IMG/VR virus record: IMGVR_UViG_3300033067_000203
Coordinates: 1-28,476 of that record
DNA length: 28,476 nucleotides
From: a virus
Lineage: Duplodnaviria > Caudoviricetes
Direction: 5' to 3' (one strand)
Shown: one piece after another, positions 13,984 to 22,833 of the stretch
How positions within the stretch are numbered: the stretch's first letter is position 1
How the letters are laid out: each line of letters begins with the position of its first letter
The notes under the pieces: model-generated
What the model saw: the letters and a program-made list of their open reading frames with translations, nothing else
What the model was told of the DNA's origin: nothing
Databases searched by the model: none
Position numbers and translations under genes: made by a program

Positions 13984-16239
13984 ATGAGCGATTTTGTCGA
14001 ACAAGGGCAGGAAGACGCGGAAGCCGAACGATTGGCGCGTCTGGATGCCCTTGGGCAAATGGTCGCCAAAAAACGCGATGAGGCGGTGCAATTCCGCAAG
14101 CAATCCGGCATCGAGGATGTCTGGACGTACTGCGAAGAAAGCTATCTCGGGATTGATGACGCGAACCGGGCGGAATGGCAAGGTGCGAAGTGGGCAAAGC
14201 CTGCCGCTCTGAATGGGCCTCTGACACGGGAAAGCCGCAGCGCAAACGCTTCGCAATCGACGGTGTTCATTCCGCTGACGGCTCGGTATGTCGATGCTGG
14301 CGCGGCAAAGCTGTCCGAAATCATTCTCCCGTTGGATGGCAAGCCGTTCAGCTTGTCGGCAACGCCGAATCCTGAGCTGATTACCAAGCTGGAAGAAATG
14401 GCGGTTCCGCTGGCGGACGAAGCCGGTCAGCCGCTGATGAATGGCGACCAGCAGAAAACGACGAAAGACCTCGCCGCAGGGATCAAGGAACAGGCCGACG
14501 AGAAGGCGAAGAAGGCCGAGAAGCGCATTCATGACTGGATGGTTGAGGCGAACTACTCTGCCGAGATGCGCAAGGTTTTGCATGACGCATCCCGAATTGG
14601 CGTTGGCGTTCTCAAGGCTCCATTTGCCGAGTCGCGGACAAGTCGAGCGGTTTCGCGCGTAGAAGGCGGGGTTGCCTTGCAGATTGTCGAGAGCATCCAG
14701 CCCGGCATGTCATGGATTGATCCTTGGAATTTGTTTCCTGATCCTTCGTGCGGAGAGGATGTTCATTCTGGCGACTTCATCGTTGAGCGGGATTTCTTCA
14801 CGGCGCGAAAGCTGAAGGAGCTGAAGAAGAACCCGACGTTCATTGCCGAGCAGATTGAAAAGGTTCTTGAGGAAGGCCCGAGCGGCAACAGCGGCGACGG
14901 CATGAGTCCGTTGGCTGACAAGAGCAAGGCCGATAAGCGGTATGAAGTCTGGTATTTCTACGGAACATGCTCGAAATCCGACCTGATGGCCGCCAGGGCG
15001 CAGGGGATCAGCGAGTCAGATGCCCGAGAGGAATACTACGCCATTGTGACGGTGGTGAATTCGACGGTGATTCGCGCGGTCATCAACCCGCTGGATTCCG
15101 GCGTGTTCCCCTACAACGTCATGCCTTGGCGTCGGCGTGCAGGGTCTTGGGTGGGGGTTGGCCCTGGAGAGCAATGCAAAACCGCTCAAGCGGTGGTCAA
15201 TGCGGCGACCCGAGCGATGCTGACCAATGCTGGCCGCAGTGCTGGGGCGCAGATTGTCATTGATACCGAGGCCATTGTCCCGGCGAATGGCGATTGGGCC
15301 ATCACCAACGACAAGATATGGCACCGCGCAGCCGGGGCTGTCATGGACGACGTTCGCAAGGCGTTCATGCTCACTCAGTTCCCGTCAATGCAGCCGCAGA
15401 TGATGGCGATCATTGAGTACGCTTTCCGCATCGCCGAAGAATCAACGAGCATCCCACTGGTGACTCAAGGGCAGTCGGGCAATACCACGCCGGATACCTT
15501 CGGCGGCATGCAGTTGCAGAACAACAACGCCAATCAGCTTCTCCGTGCGGTTGGTTATCAGGTGGATGACTACATCACCAGTCGGGTGGTTGAGGCGCTA
15601 TATGAGTGGCTGCTGCTCGATCCTGATGTTCCGGACGACGAGAAGGGCGATTACCAGATTGACGCGCATTGCTCTGGTGCTTTGATCGAGCGGTCTATCC
15701 AAGATCAATTCCTTCAGCAGATGGGCCAACTGGTGATGAACCCGGCGTTTGGGATTTCGCCTGAACGATGGATGGAAGAAGTTTTGCGTTCGAAGCAGTT
15801 GAACGCGAAGGCACTGCAACTGACAGAAGCAGAGAAGGAAAAGATGTCGCAGCAGCCGCAGGTGTCGCCGCAGGTGCAGGCCGCGCAAATCAGGGCGCAA
15901 GTGGAGATGCAGAAGGCGCAAGCGTCGAATCAGTTGATGCAGACTCGAATCCAGGTGGATACAGACCGCGATCGGGCTTATGTCGAGGCCGAGACGATGC
16001 GCACGCAGGCCGAGCATCAAGCACGCATGGCAGAGCTGAACATCCGCCGAGAGCTGGCGATGCTGGACTATGCCAATAAGCGGGAAATCACGCTGGAGCA
16101 AATCAAGGCAGACCTTGCAGATTCGGCGATGAAGCTGAAGGTGCAAAAGGAACTGTCGATGCTCGAAGGCGGGCAAGTCGCCACGCCACCTACAGAGCCG
16201 GCAGGCCGTGCATTGCCAGGCCATGCCTTTGAACAATGA
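13984..16239 (+). CDS. Portal protein (podovirus type, long Gln-rich C-terminal helical barrel)
   Basis: About 750 aa; WIDPWNLFPDP and GVGVLK motifs; Q/E/A-rich tail; precedes scaffold and capsid genes. Confidence 0.88.
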   Translation: MSDFVEQGQEDAEAERLARLDALGQMVAKKRDEAVQFRKQSGIEDVWTYCEESYLGIDDANRAEWQGAKWAKPAALNGPLTRESRSANASQSTVFIPLTARYVDAGAAKLSEIILPLDGKPFSLSATPNPELITKLEEMAVPLADEAGQPLMNGDQQKTTKDLAAGIKEQADEKAKKAEKRIHDWMVEANYSAEMRKVLHDASRIGVGVLKAPFAESRTSRAVSRVEGGVALQIVESIQPGMSWIDPWNLFPDPSCGEDVHSGDFIVERDFFTARKLKELKKNPTFIAEQIEKVLEEGPSGNSGDGMSPLADKSKADKRYEVWYFYGTCSKSDLMAARAQGISESDAREEYYAIVTVVNSTVIRAVINPLDSGVFPYNVMPWRRRAGSWVGVGPGEQCKTAQAVVNAATRAMLTNAGRSAGAQIVIDTEAIVPANGDWAITNDKIWHRAAGAVMDDVRKAFMLTQFPSMQPQMMAIIEYAFRIAEESTSIPLVTQGQSGNTTPDTFGGMQLQNNNANQLLRAVGYQVDDYITSRVVEALYEWLLLDPDVPDDEKGDYQIDAHCSGALIERSIQDQFLQQMGQLVMNPAFGISPERWMEEVLRSKQLNAKALQLTEAEKEKMSQQPQVSPQVQAAQIRAQVEMQKAQASNQLMQTRIQVDTDRDRAYVEAETMRTQAEHQARMAELNIRRELAMLDYANKREITLEQIKADLADSAMKLKVQKELSMLEGGQVATPPTEPAGRALPGHAFEQ

Positions 16240-16433
16240 ACATTTCCAAGACTGAACAACTCAGCCCGGTATGGCTGGCGATCAAGGCGCATCTTGAATC
16301 CAGGCTTGAGCGGCTTAGGTTGATGAACGATAACGAATCCCTCGATGCCGTTCAAACCGCGTCGATTCGCGGGAGGATTGCAGAGGTTAAGGGATTGCTC
16401 TCGGTTGGAGAAGATCCAGTCGAGTTTCAGTAA
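16236..16433 (+). CDS. Small head-associated protein
   Basis: 65 aa ending RGRIAEVKGLL; common position between portal and scaffold. Confidence 0.7.
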   Translation: MNISKTEQLSPVWLAIKAHLESRLERLRLMNDNESLDAVQTASIRGRIAEVKGLLSVGEDPVEFQ

Positions 16434-16497
16434 TACGCCGCCCGCAAGGACGGCAAGGGGACGCCCACGGCATTACCGCGCTGGCGTCGTTGTGTTG

Positions 16498-16525
16498 AAC
16501 CGCCTACGGGCGGTTTTTGTTTTTG
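16498..16525 (+). terminator. Intrinsic terminator
   Basis: AACCGCC-TACG-GGCGGTT followed by TTTGTTTTT. Confidence 0.75.
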
Positions 16526-16537
16526 TGGGGTACGCGA

Positions 16538-17341
16538 ATGAGCGATGAAGTCAGTCAGGAAGTTGTCGAGCAGCAGGAACAAACGGATGCAGCCAATGCG
16601 GCATTCGATGGGGCTTTCAGCGATGAGGCCGTAGCGCAGACGGGGACGCCAGCGCCGGAGCAGAACGAAGAACCCAATGAACCTGAAGCGGTTGAACCTG
16701 AATACGCGCAAATCACCAAGGCCGACTACGAGCAGTTGCTCTCCAAGGCGGCGAAGGTTGATGAGATTCAGGGGAAGATCGACAAGTCTTTTGGCAGTCT
16801 CGGCCAGAAGATTCAACAACTGAATGAGCAAGTCCAGGCGCGCGGCGTTGCTGGAAATATCGAGGTGACAGACGACGTAGTGGAGGACTTCGCGCAGGAG
16901 TGGCCGGAACTGGCCCCGATGCTGCGTAAATCGCTGGAGAAATTCGCAACACGCATCCCGCTTTCCGCTTCGCAACAGCCGGTCGGACTTCAAGAGGCCG
17001 ACATCGAGCGCCTTGTCAGTGAGCGCGCCGAGCGGCTGATCGAAGAACGATTGCTAACCAAAGCGCACAAGGACTGGCGCGAAGTGTCTGGCAGTCCGGA
17101 ATTCCAGGGATGGCTGCAGAAGCAGCCGGCCGAGTATGTGCAAAAGCTGAATGAGTCGATGGATTCGGATTTTGTGTCCGAAGCCCTGACGAACTTCAAG
17201 ACTGAGCGCAGCAAGGCCGAGGCAACCGCGCAGACCCGGCAAAAACGTTTAGCAGCGGCGGTAACGCCCAAGGGCACTGGAGGCCATGCCGGCACCAGTG
17301 ATTCCGCATTGGATGCTTTCAATGCGGCATTCAATTCGTAA
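16538..17341 (+). CDS. Capsid scaffolding protein
   Basis: Acidic and helical; F..WL..QP motif; AF..AF motifs at both ends; directly before the major capsid gene. Confidence 0.8.
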   Translation: MSDEVSQEVVEQQEQTDAANAAFDGAFSDEAVAQTGTPAPEQNEEPNEPEAVEPEYAQITKADYEQLLSKAAKVDEIQGKIDKSFGSLGQKIQQLNEQVQARGVAGNIEVTDDVVEDFAQEWPELAPMLRKSLEKFATRIPLSASQQPVGLQEADIERLVSERAERLIEERLLTKAHKDWREVSGSPEFQGWLQKQPAEYVQKLNESMDSDFVSEALTNFKTERSKAEATAQTRQKRLAAAVTPKGTGGHAGTSDSALDAFNAAFNS

Positions 17342-17360
17342 ATCATAAGGAGTAACAAAA

Positions 17361-18422
17361 ATGGCTGCAAATACCATGAGCACTACTGCTCGAATTGGCA
17401 AGTACGCTGGCGGAATCCTGAAGCACGCTGTCCCGCATGAAGTGCTTGCGCGCGGTGGCCGTCAGGTGACGTTCCCGAAAAACAACAGCAATACCTATGT
17501 CGCGCGTCGCTGGCTGCCGAATGGCACCACGTCGGCAACCAACGGCAATCTGCTGATTGCCAACGGCACTGGGGATCGTGCTGCCGCGCTGGTCGCTGCC
17601 GCGCAAACGTCGGAAGGCGTGACGCCTACGCCGGATCAGATCACGCCGCAAGACCAGACGGTCGTACTGAATCAGTACGCCTGCCTGTACTCGTTCACCG
17701 ATCAGGTCTATGACCTGTACGAAGACGACATCCCCGGCGCGATCAAGGAGCAAATCGGCGAGCGTGTCGCGCTCATCAACGAGCTGATGATCTTCGGCGC
17801 GCTGAAGGCTTCGACCAATCAGTTCTACGGCGGCACTGGCACCAGTCGCGCGACTGTCAATGGCAAGCTGTCGCTCAATCTCGTTCGCAAGATCGTCAAG
17901 AGCCTGCAAGCCAATCACGGCGAGAACGTGACCAGCGTGCTGAAGGGTAGCAACAACTTCGGCAGCGATCCGGTCGCCCCTGGCTATGTGGTCTATTGCC
18001 ACACCGACCTTGAACCGGACATCCGCGACCTTCCGGGATTCATCGACGCTTCGCAGTACGCCGGACAGGCGATGCCGTTCGAAGTCGGCAAGGTTGAGCG
18101 CTTCCGCTTCGTGACCTCGCCGGACCTGCCTTCGTATCAGGACGCCGCAACGTCGGTGACGGCTTCGGCGGTCGGCCTGTCTTCGACCACCGGCACCAAT
18201 CCGGACGTCTACCCGATCATCGTCGCCGCAAAGGATGCTTGGTCGCAAGTCGCCGTGCGCGGTCTGGATGCGTTGAAGCCGACCTATCTGCCTCCGGGCG
18301 AGAAGTCGAAGAGCGACCCCTTCGGCCAGCGCGGCTATGCCGGGACCATCTGGTACAAGGCGGTTTTCCTTGAAAACAACGGCTGGCTGGCTGTTGCCAA
18401 CGTCGGCGCGTCCTCGCTCTGA
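17361..18422 (+). CDS. Major capsid protein (N4-gp56 family)
   Basis: 353 aa with EGVTP, EVGKVERFRF and KSDPFGQRGYAG motifs; strong SD TAAGGAG. Confidence 0.9.
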   Translation: MAANTMSTTARIGKYAGGILKHAVPHEVLARGGRQVTFPKNNSNTYVARRWLPNGTTSATNGNLLIANGTGDRAAALVAAAQTSEGVTPTPDQITPQDQTVVLNQYACLYSFTDQVYDLYEDDIPGAIKEQIGERVALINELMIFGALKASTNQFYGGTGTSRATVNGKLSLNLVRKIVKSLQANHGENVTSVLKGSNNFGSDPVAPGYVVYCHTDLEPDIRDLPGFIDASQYAGQAMPFEVGKVERFRFVTSPDLPSYQDAATSVTASAVGLSSTTGTNPDVYPIIVAAKDAWSQVAVRGLDALKPTYLPPGEKSKSDPFGQRGYAGTIWYKAVFLENNGWLAVANVGASSL

Positions 18423-18470
18423 TGCCATTGGGCCGGCTAGTTGAGCGGCCCAACTTTCAAGGAGACAGCA

Positions 18471-18965
18471 ATGATTAACACCGTAACCCAACAACTCAAT
18501 GCACTTGGACAAGCCAATGTCGAGGCCGCGTTAAAACCGGCGCTGTTCGCTGTCGCGGATCGTCTTTCCAGTCAGATTTTCAACACGGGCGGGCTGGCGA
18601 TCAAGGCAGGTGGTGGCGTTCTGGTGAAGACCGTTAATACGGTCTATGCCGTTGCCGATGGCAAATATGTCGCTCTGTCTGCTGCCGACATGCCGGCATT
18701 GACCGGGCTGAACATCACCGCAGGGTACTACAACTGCGCCGTGTTCTACGTCGATAGCGCCGGTACGACTTCCGTGCAATTTGGCCGCGAGGATTCCACC
18801 GCTGCCGGTGTGACGTTCCCGCAAACGCCGCAAGGCAAGGCGATTATCGGCTTCGTGATGATTACCTATGCGTCGGCATTTACTGGCGGGACGACCGCGC
18901 TGGATACCGCAACAACTGTGTATGTGAATACGATGGGCGCATTCGATCCGTCCGTCAAACTCTAA
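18471..18965 (+). CDS. Putative capsid decoration protein 1
   Basis: AAGGAG SD; follows the major capsid gene; beta-rich; loosely similar to the next ORF (GLA.., AVF/GVF..D..G, P.P....IG). Confidence 0.65.
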   Translation: MINTVTQQLNALGQANVEAALKPALFAVADRLSSQIFNTGGLAIKAGGGVLVKTVNTVYAVADGKYVALSAADMPALTGLNITAGYYNCAVFYVDSAGTTSVQFGREDSTAAGVTFPQTPQGKAIIGFVMITYASAFTGGTTALDTATTVYVNTMGAFDPSVKL

Positions 18966-18977
18966 GGAGAAACAAAC

Positions 18978-19457
18978 ATGATTCCCGCACAAAATTTCAT
19001 CTCGACTTTCTGCACCACCAAAGCCGGTCTTGCTGTTGGCACGACCACCACGACCACCACGGCGAATGCTTCGCTGTACTGCATTGGCGGTAAAGCATAC
19101 ACCGCTGCTGCTGCGTCTAACGGGACGACGCCGACGACCGATGCTGTGACCGGGGCTGCTTTCACCGCATTGGCCCTGAACAAAGCAGGCGTGTTCGCCA
19201 TCTGTCTGGATACGTCCGGCGCTCTGAAGATCGTTCAGGGCGGCATCGTGGATTACTCGGATGCTGGCGTGTATTCCGAAGCGCCGAAGCTGCCGGCGAT
19301 CCCGGATACGCTGTGCCCGATTGGCCTTGAGTTCGTCAAGGTCATTTCGACGGGTTCGGCATGGACGATGGGCGTCAGCAACCAGGCCAGCCAGACCGGC
19401 ATTACCAAGACCTTCGTGGATCTGATGGTCATGCCGCAACGCCCGATCACGGCGTAA
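18978..19457 (+). CDS. Putative capsid decoration protein 2
   Basis: TAAGGAG SD; Thr/Ala-rich. Confidence 0.65.
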   Translation: MIPAQNFISTFCTTKAGLAVGTTTTTTTANASLYCIGGKAYTAAAASNGTTPTTDAVTGAAFTALALNKAGVFAICLDTSGALKIVQGGIVDYSDAGVYSEAPKLPAIPDTLCPIGLEFVKVISTGSAWTMGVSNQASQTGITKTFVDLMVMPQRPITA

Positions 19458-19544
19458 TCGTTGCGCTATGGCTAGGGTGGCTTCCGAAAGCCTGGGCCTG
19501 AACAGGTTGCCATAGCGTATTCATCATTCAGGAGAAGCAACACG

Positions 19545-19584
19545 ATGGGGCTGTCTGCATTTGCGGATGGCCCCATTTCTTTTT
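19545..19584 (+). terminator. Intrinsic terminator after the head genes
   Basis: ATGGGGCTGTCTGC-ATTT-GCGGATGGCCCCAT followed by TTCTTTT. Confidence 0.7.
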
Positions 19585-19596
19585 CAGGAGAAGCAA

Positions 19597-20103
19597 ATGG
19601 ATCAAGTCGAAGAAGTCAGCATCAAGCGCGGACGCACGCGCAAGGAATTCAGCACTGAAGATATGGAAGTCGGGCAGCGGCCGAACATCATCATTCCGCC
19701 GCTGAACGAAACGTTGATCCGCGAAGGCGAGAAGATCGACATCGTTGAACCGGGGTCGGCCAATAACGATTACTACGCATCGCTGGCTTTCATGGAAGAG
19801 CCGATGACAATCCGGCTGGAGCGTTCATCCGAGAAGAACGCGCCGAAGCTGGTCGATGTGTATGTGAATGGTGAAGCCTGTTGGGTTCCCGTCGGCCAGA
19901 ACTTCAAGCTCAAGCGCAAGTTTGTGGAAGTGCTCGCTCGGTCGAAGCCGGAATCCATCGACACGCGCACCGGTTCGTCTGAAGAGGAACAGCCGCGCAA
20001 TGAGATCCTGCGCAATACGTCCTCGAAGTACCCGTTCACCGTGGTTGAGGACAACAACCCGCGCGGTTATGACTGGCTGACCCGTGTTTTGATGGAGGGT
20101 TGA
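19597..20103 (+). CDS. Hypothetical protein (head/neck region)
   Basis: AGGAG SD; VYVNG...VPVG...KRKFVEVL pattern. Confidence 0.75.
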   Translation: MDQVEEVSIKRGRTRKEFSTEDMEVGQRPNIIIPPLNETLIREGEKIDIVEPGSANNDYYASLAFMEEPMTIRLERSSEKNAPKLVDVYVNGEACWVPVGQNFKLKRKFVEVLARSKPESIDTRTGSSEEEQPRNEILRNTSSKYPFTVVEDNNPRGYDWLTRVLMEG

Positions 20104-20107
20104 TCCA

Positions 20108-20782
20108 GTGACGTTCCTCGAACTCTGCCAGCGGCTCGCGCGTGAAGTCGATGCGTCTGGAAGTGGTCCGTCTGCCGTGACCGGCCAGACTGGCGAAAAC
20201 CGCCGCATCGTTGATTGGGTGGCTTCGGCATGGCAGGACATCCAGCTCCAGCGCAATGACTGGAACTGGATGCGAGGAACGTTCTCTTTCACCACGATTG
20301 CCGACCAGGATACCTACACCGCAACGGAAGCCGGGATTGCTTCGCGGTGCAGGGCTTTCGACAAGGACGACATCCGGGTCTACACCACTGCAATCGGGGT
20401 GGGCGATGAAATGACCATCCCGTTCATCCCCTACGAAGATTGGCGCTATCTCTACCGGGTTGGCACGCAGACGGCGCAACGACCGATTGCCTGCACGATC
20501 ATGCCGACCAACTCATTGGGCCTTGGGCCGAAGCCGACCGCAGGTTATACGGTTGCCGGTGAATATTGGAAATCCGCCCAAACGCTAGCAGCCGATGCCG
20601 ACGAGCCGGAAATGCCGGCCGAGTTTCACATGGCGATTGTCTATCGGGCGATGATGATGTATGGCCGATTCACAGCAGCAGGGGAAGTGTTCAACGATGG
20701 CGAACAGAACTATCGCAGGATACTGACGGCGCTGGTGCGCAATCAGACGCCGATGGTTCGCATGGGCGGGGCGCTGGTGTGA
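20108..20782 (+). CDS. Head-tail adaptor (tail tubular A-like)
   Basis: MTFLELCQRL..E N-terminus, W.W motif and DEPEMPAEFHMAIV. Confidence 0.8.
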   Translation: MTFLELCQRLAREVDASGSGPSAVTGQTGENRRIVDWVASAWQDIQLQRNDWNWMRGTFSFTTIADQDTYTATEAGIASRCRAFDKDDIRVYTTAIGVGDEMTIPFIPYEDWRYLYRVGTQTAQRPIACTIMPTNSLGLGPKPTAGYTVAGEYWKSAQTLAADADEPEMPAEFHMAIVYRAMMMYGRFTAAGEVFNDGEQNYRRILTALVRNQTPMVRMGGALV

Positions 20783-22833
20783 TTCCCATCCCGAACGTTG
20801 ATGTTCAGTTTCACCAGTTGGCAGGTGGGCTTGATCTTGTCACAGCCGCGACGCTCATTAAACCCGGATATGTCATGGACTCGTGCAACTACGAGATTGA
20901 CAGCATCAACGGCGGATACCGGCGCGTCAATGGATTCGAGCGGTTCGACGGCAGGACTTCACCATCAACAGCAACCTACTCTGTGATTGGCATCACATTG
21001 ACCGGGACGCTAGCGGTTGGCAACACTATCACCGGCAATACCTCGTCCGCGACGGGAAAGATTCTCCAGATCAATGCGGGAGATCTGATTATCGGCCGCG
21101 TGACCGGGACATTCGTTTCAGGCGAGGACTTGATGGTATCCGCCGTCAAGCAAGCCGAATCGACCTCTGCTGCCATCGTAGAGGGGGCTTCGTCGGTTGC
21201 CACGCACATGGCTTACAAGGCGCTGGCGGCGGATGACTTGAGGACAGACATTCAGGCCGTGCCAGGCTCAGGACAGATTCGCGGGCTGGTGTATTACAAG
21301 TCCGTGCTCTACGCCTTCCGCAACAATGCAGGCGGCACGGCGTGTGACATCTACAAGCATACCGGGTCTGGATGGTCGAATGTCCCTTTGCTGTACGAGG
21401 TGCAATTTACCGGTGGTGGTGGCGCAACACCAACGGAAGGCGGAACGCTCACGCAAGGCGGCGTGACAGCAACATTCCGCAGAGCCGCGAAGCAATCCGG
21501 CGCATGGACGGGAGCGGCTGCTGGAAGGCTGCTCATTTCCGCACCATCGGGCGGGAACTTCGCCGCTGGTGCTGCCACGATAGGTGCGACGACGCTAACG
21601 CTTTCCGGCGCGCAAACTGCCGTGACGCTACCGGCTGGCGGGAATTATGAGTTTGTTCAATACAACTTCACCGGCTCGACAGACACGCAGCGCGTCTATG
21701 GCGTGAATGGTTCTGGACTGGCGTTCGAGTTTGACGGGACGTATCTCGTTCCAATCCGTACCGGGATGACGACGGATACACCGTCGCATATCGCGGCGCA
21801 TCGCAATTACCTGTTCCTGTCGTTCCGTGGCTCGCTGCAAATGTCCGGCATCGGCGATCCCTATGCGTGGTCGCCTGTTCTCGGGGCTTCGGAAATCGCA
21901 ATGGGCGACACGATCACGGCGCTGTTGCCATTCCCAGGCGATGCGACGACAAGCGCCATGTCGGTATTCAGCAGCGAGAGCACGCGCACCCTGTACGGAT
22001 CTTCGTCAGCAGACTTCAAGCTGGCAACGGCCTCCCCGACGACTGGCGCGAAGTCTGGCACGGCGCAATGGCTGGGCGCTGCTTACTGCTTGTCGGATCG
22101 TGGCGTTCAACAGGTCAGCCAAACGCAGGCATTCGGCGACTTCCAATTCAATGCCGTGTCGGGATTGATTCAGCCGCTCATCAACGACATTCAAGGAACG
22201 GTGACGACGAGCTGCGTGCTGAAGGAAAAGAACCAGTACCGGCTGTTCTTCTCGGATGGGGTTGCGCTGTGCATGGGCATTGGGCAAGGGAAATACGGCC
22301 CGATTTCAACCGGGTTCATGAAGCTGGATTACGGAATCCCGGTTCGTTGCGTGGCGACGGGAATGAATTCGTCCGGGCGCGAGGTCTGCTATTTCGGCTC
22401 GGATGATGGCTATGTCTATCAGGACGGGGTAGGCACTTCATTCGACGGTAGCGCAATCGAGAGCTGGCTAAGACTGCCGTACAACCATCTGAAAACCCCG
22501 CGCTACCTGAAGACGTTCAGAAAGGCCGTGCTGGATATTGTGATTGATGAATACGCGTCATTGAGCACGTCATACGACATCGCCAGTGGAAGTTCAACAT
22601 ACGCGCAAAGTAGCGCAACAAGTCAATCAGCCGTTGGCGCGGGCGGGTATTGGGATCAGTTCACATGGGACGACTTCACATGGGACGCACCGATTGTGAC
22701 CTCGTTCGATGTGCCGCTCGGCGGGACTGAAAAGAACATTTCGTTGTTGGTATATGGCAACAGCTCCATTGATTCGCCGCACACGATTCAGGGAGCGACG
22801 TTCCAATTCACGATCAGGAGATTGGCAAGATGA
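20779..22833 (+). CDS. Tail nozzle / packaged-DNA stabilisation protein
   Basis: GGLDL...GYRRVNGFERF N-terminus, beta-propeller-like body, and WDQFTWDDFTWD near the C-terminus; follows the adaptor. Confidence 0.8.
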   Translation: MIPIPNVDVQFHQLAGGLDLVTAATLIKPGYVMDSCNYEIDSINGGYRRVNGFERFDGRTSPSTATYSVIGITLTGTLAVGNTITGNTSSATGKILQINAGDLIIGRVTGTFVSGEDLMVSAVKQAESTSAAIVEGASSVATHMAYKALAADDLRTDIQAVPGSGQIRGLVYYKSVLYAFRNNAGGTACDIYKHTGSGWSNVPLLYEVQFTGGGGATPTEGGTLTQGGVTATFRRAAKQSGAWTGAAAGRLLISAPSGGNFAAGAATIGATTLTLSGAQTAVTLPAGGNYEFVQYNFTGSTDTQRVYGVNGSGLAFEFDGTYLVPIRTGMTTDTPSHIAAHRNYLFLSFRGSLQMSGIGDPYAWSPVLGASEIAMGDTITALLPFPGDATTSAMSVFSSESTRTLYGSSSADFKLATASPTTGAKSGTAQWLGAAYCLSDRGVQQVSQTQAFGDFQFNAVSGLIQPLINDIQGTVTTSCVLKEKNQYRLFFSDGVALCMGIGQGKYGPISTGFMKLDYGIPVRCVATGMNSSGREVCYFGSDDGYVYQDGVGTSFDGSAIESWLRLPYNHLKTPRYLKTFRKAVLDIVIDEYASLSTSYDIASGSSTYAQSSATSQSAVGAGGYWDQFTWDDFTWDAPIVTSFDVPLGGTEKNISLLVYGNSSIDSPHTIQGATFQFTIRRLAR

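Noticed and set aside
18428-18453. Hairpin TTGGGCCG/CGGCCCAA after the major capsid stop as a terminator or read-through signal
   Set aside because: Weak U-tract, no slippery sequence, and the next gene has its own strong SD; probably an mRNA-stabilising stem.
19464-19517. Hammerhead ribozyme or tRNA
   Set aside because: It has GAAA in a junction but lacks the CUGANGA core, and has no cloverleaf or T-loop.
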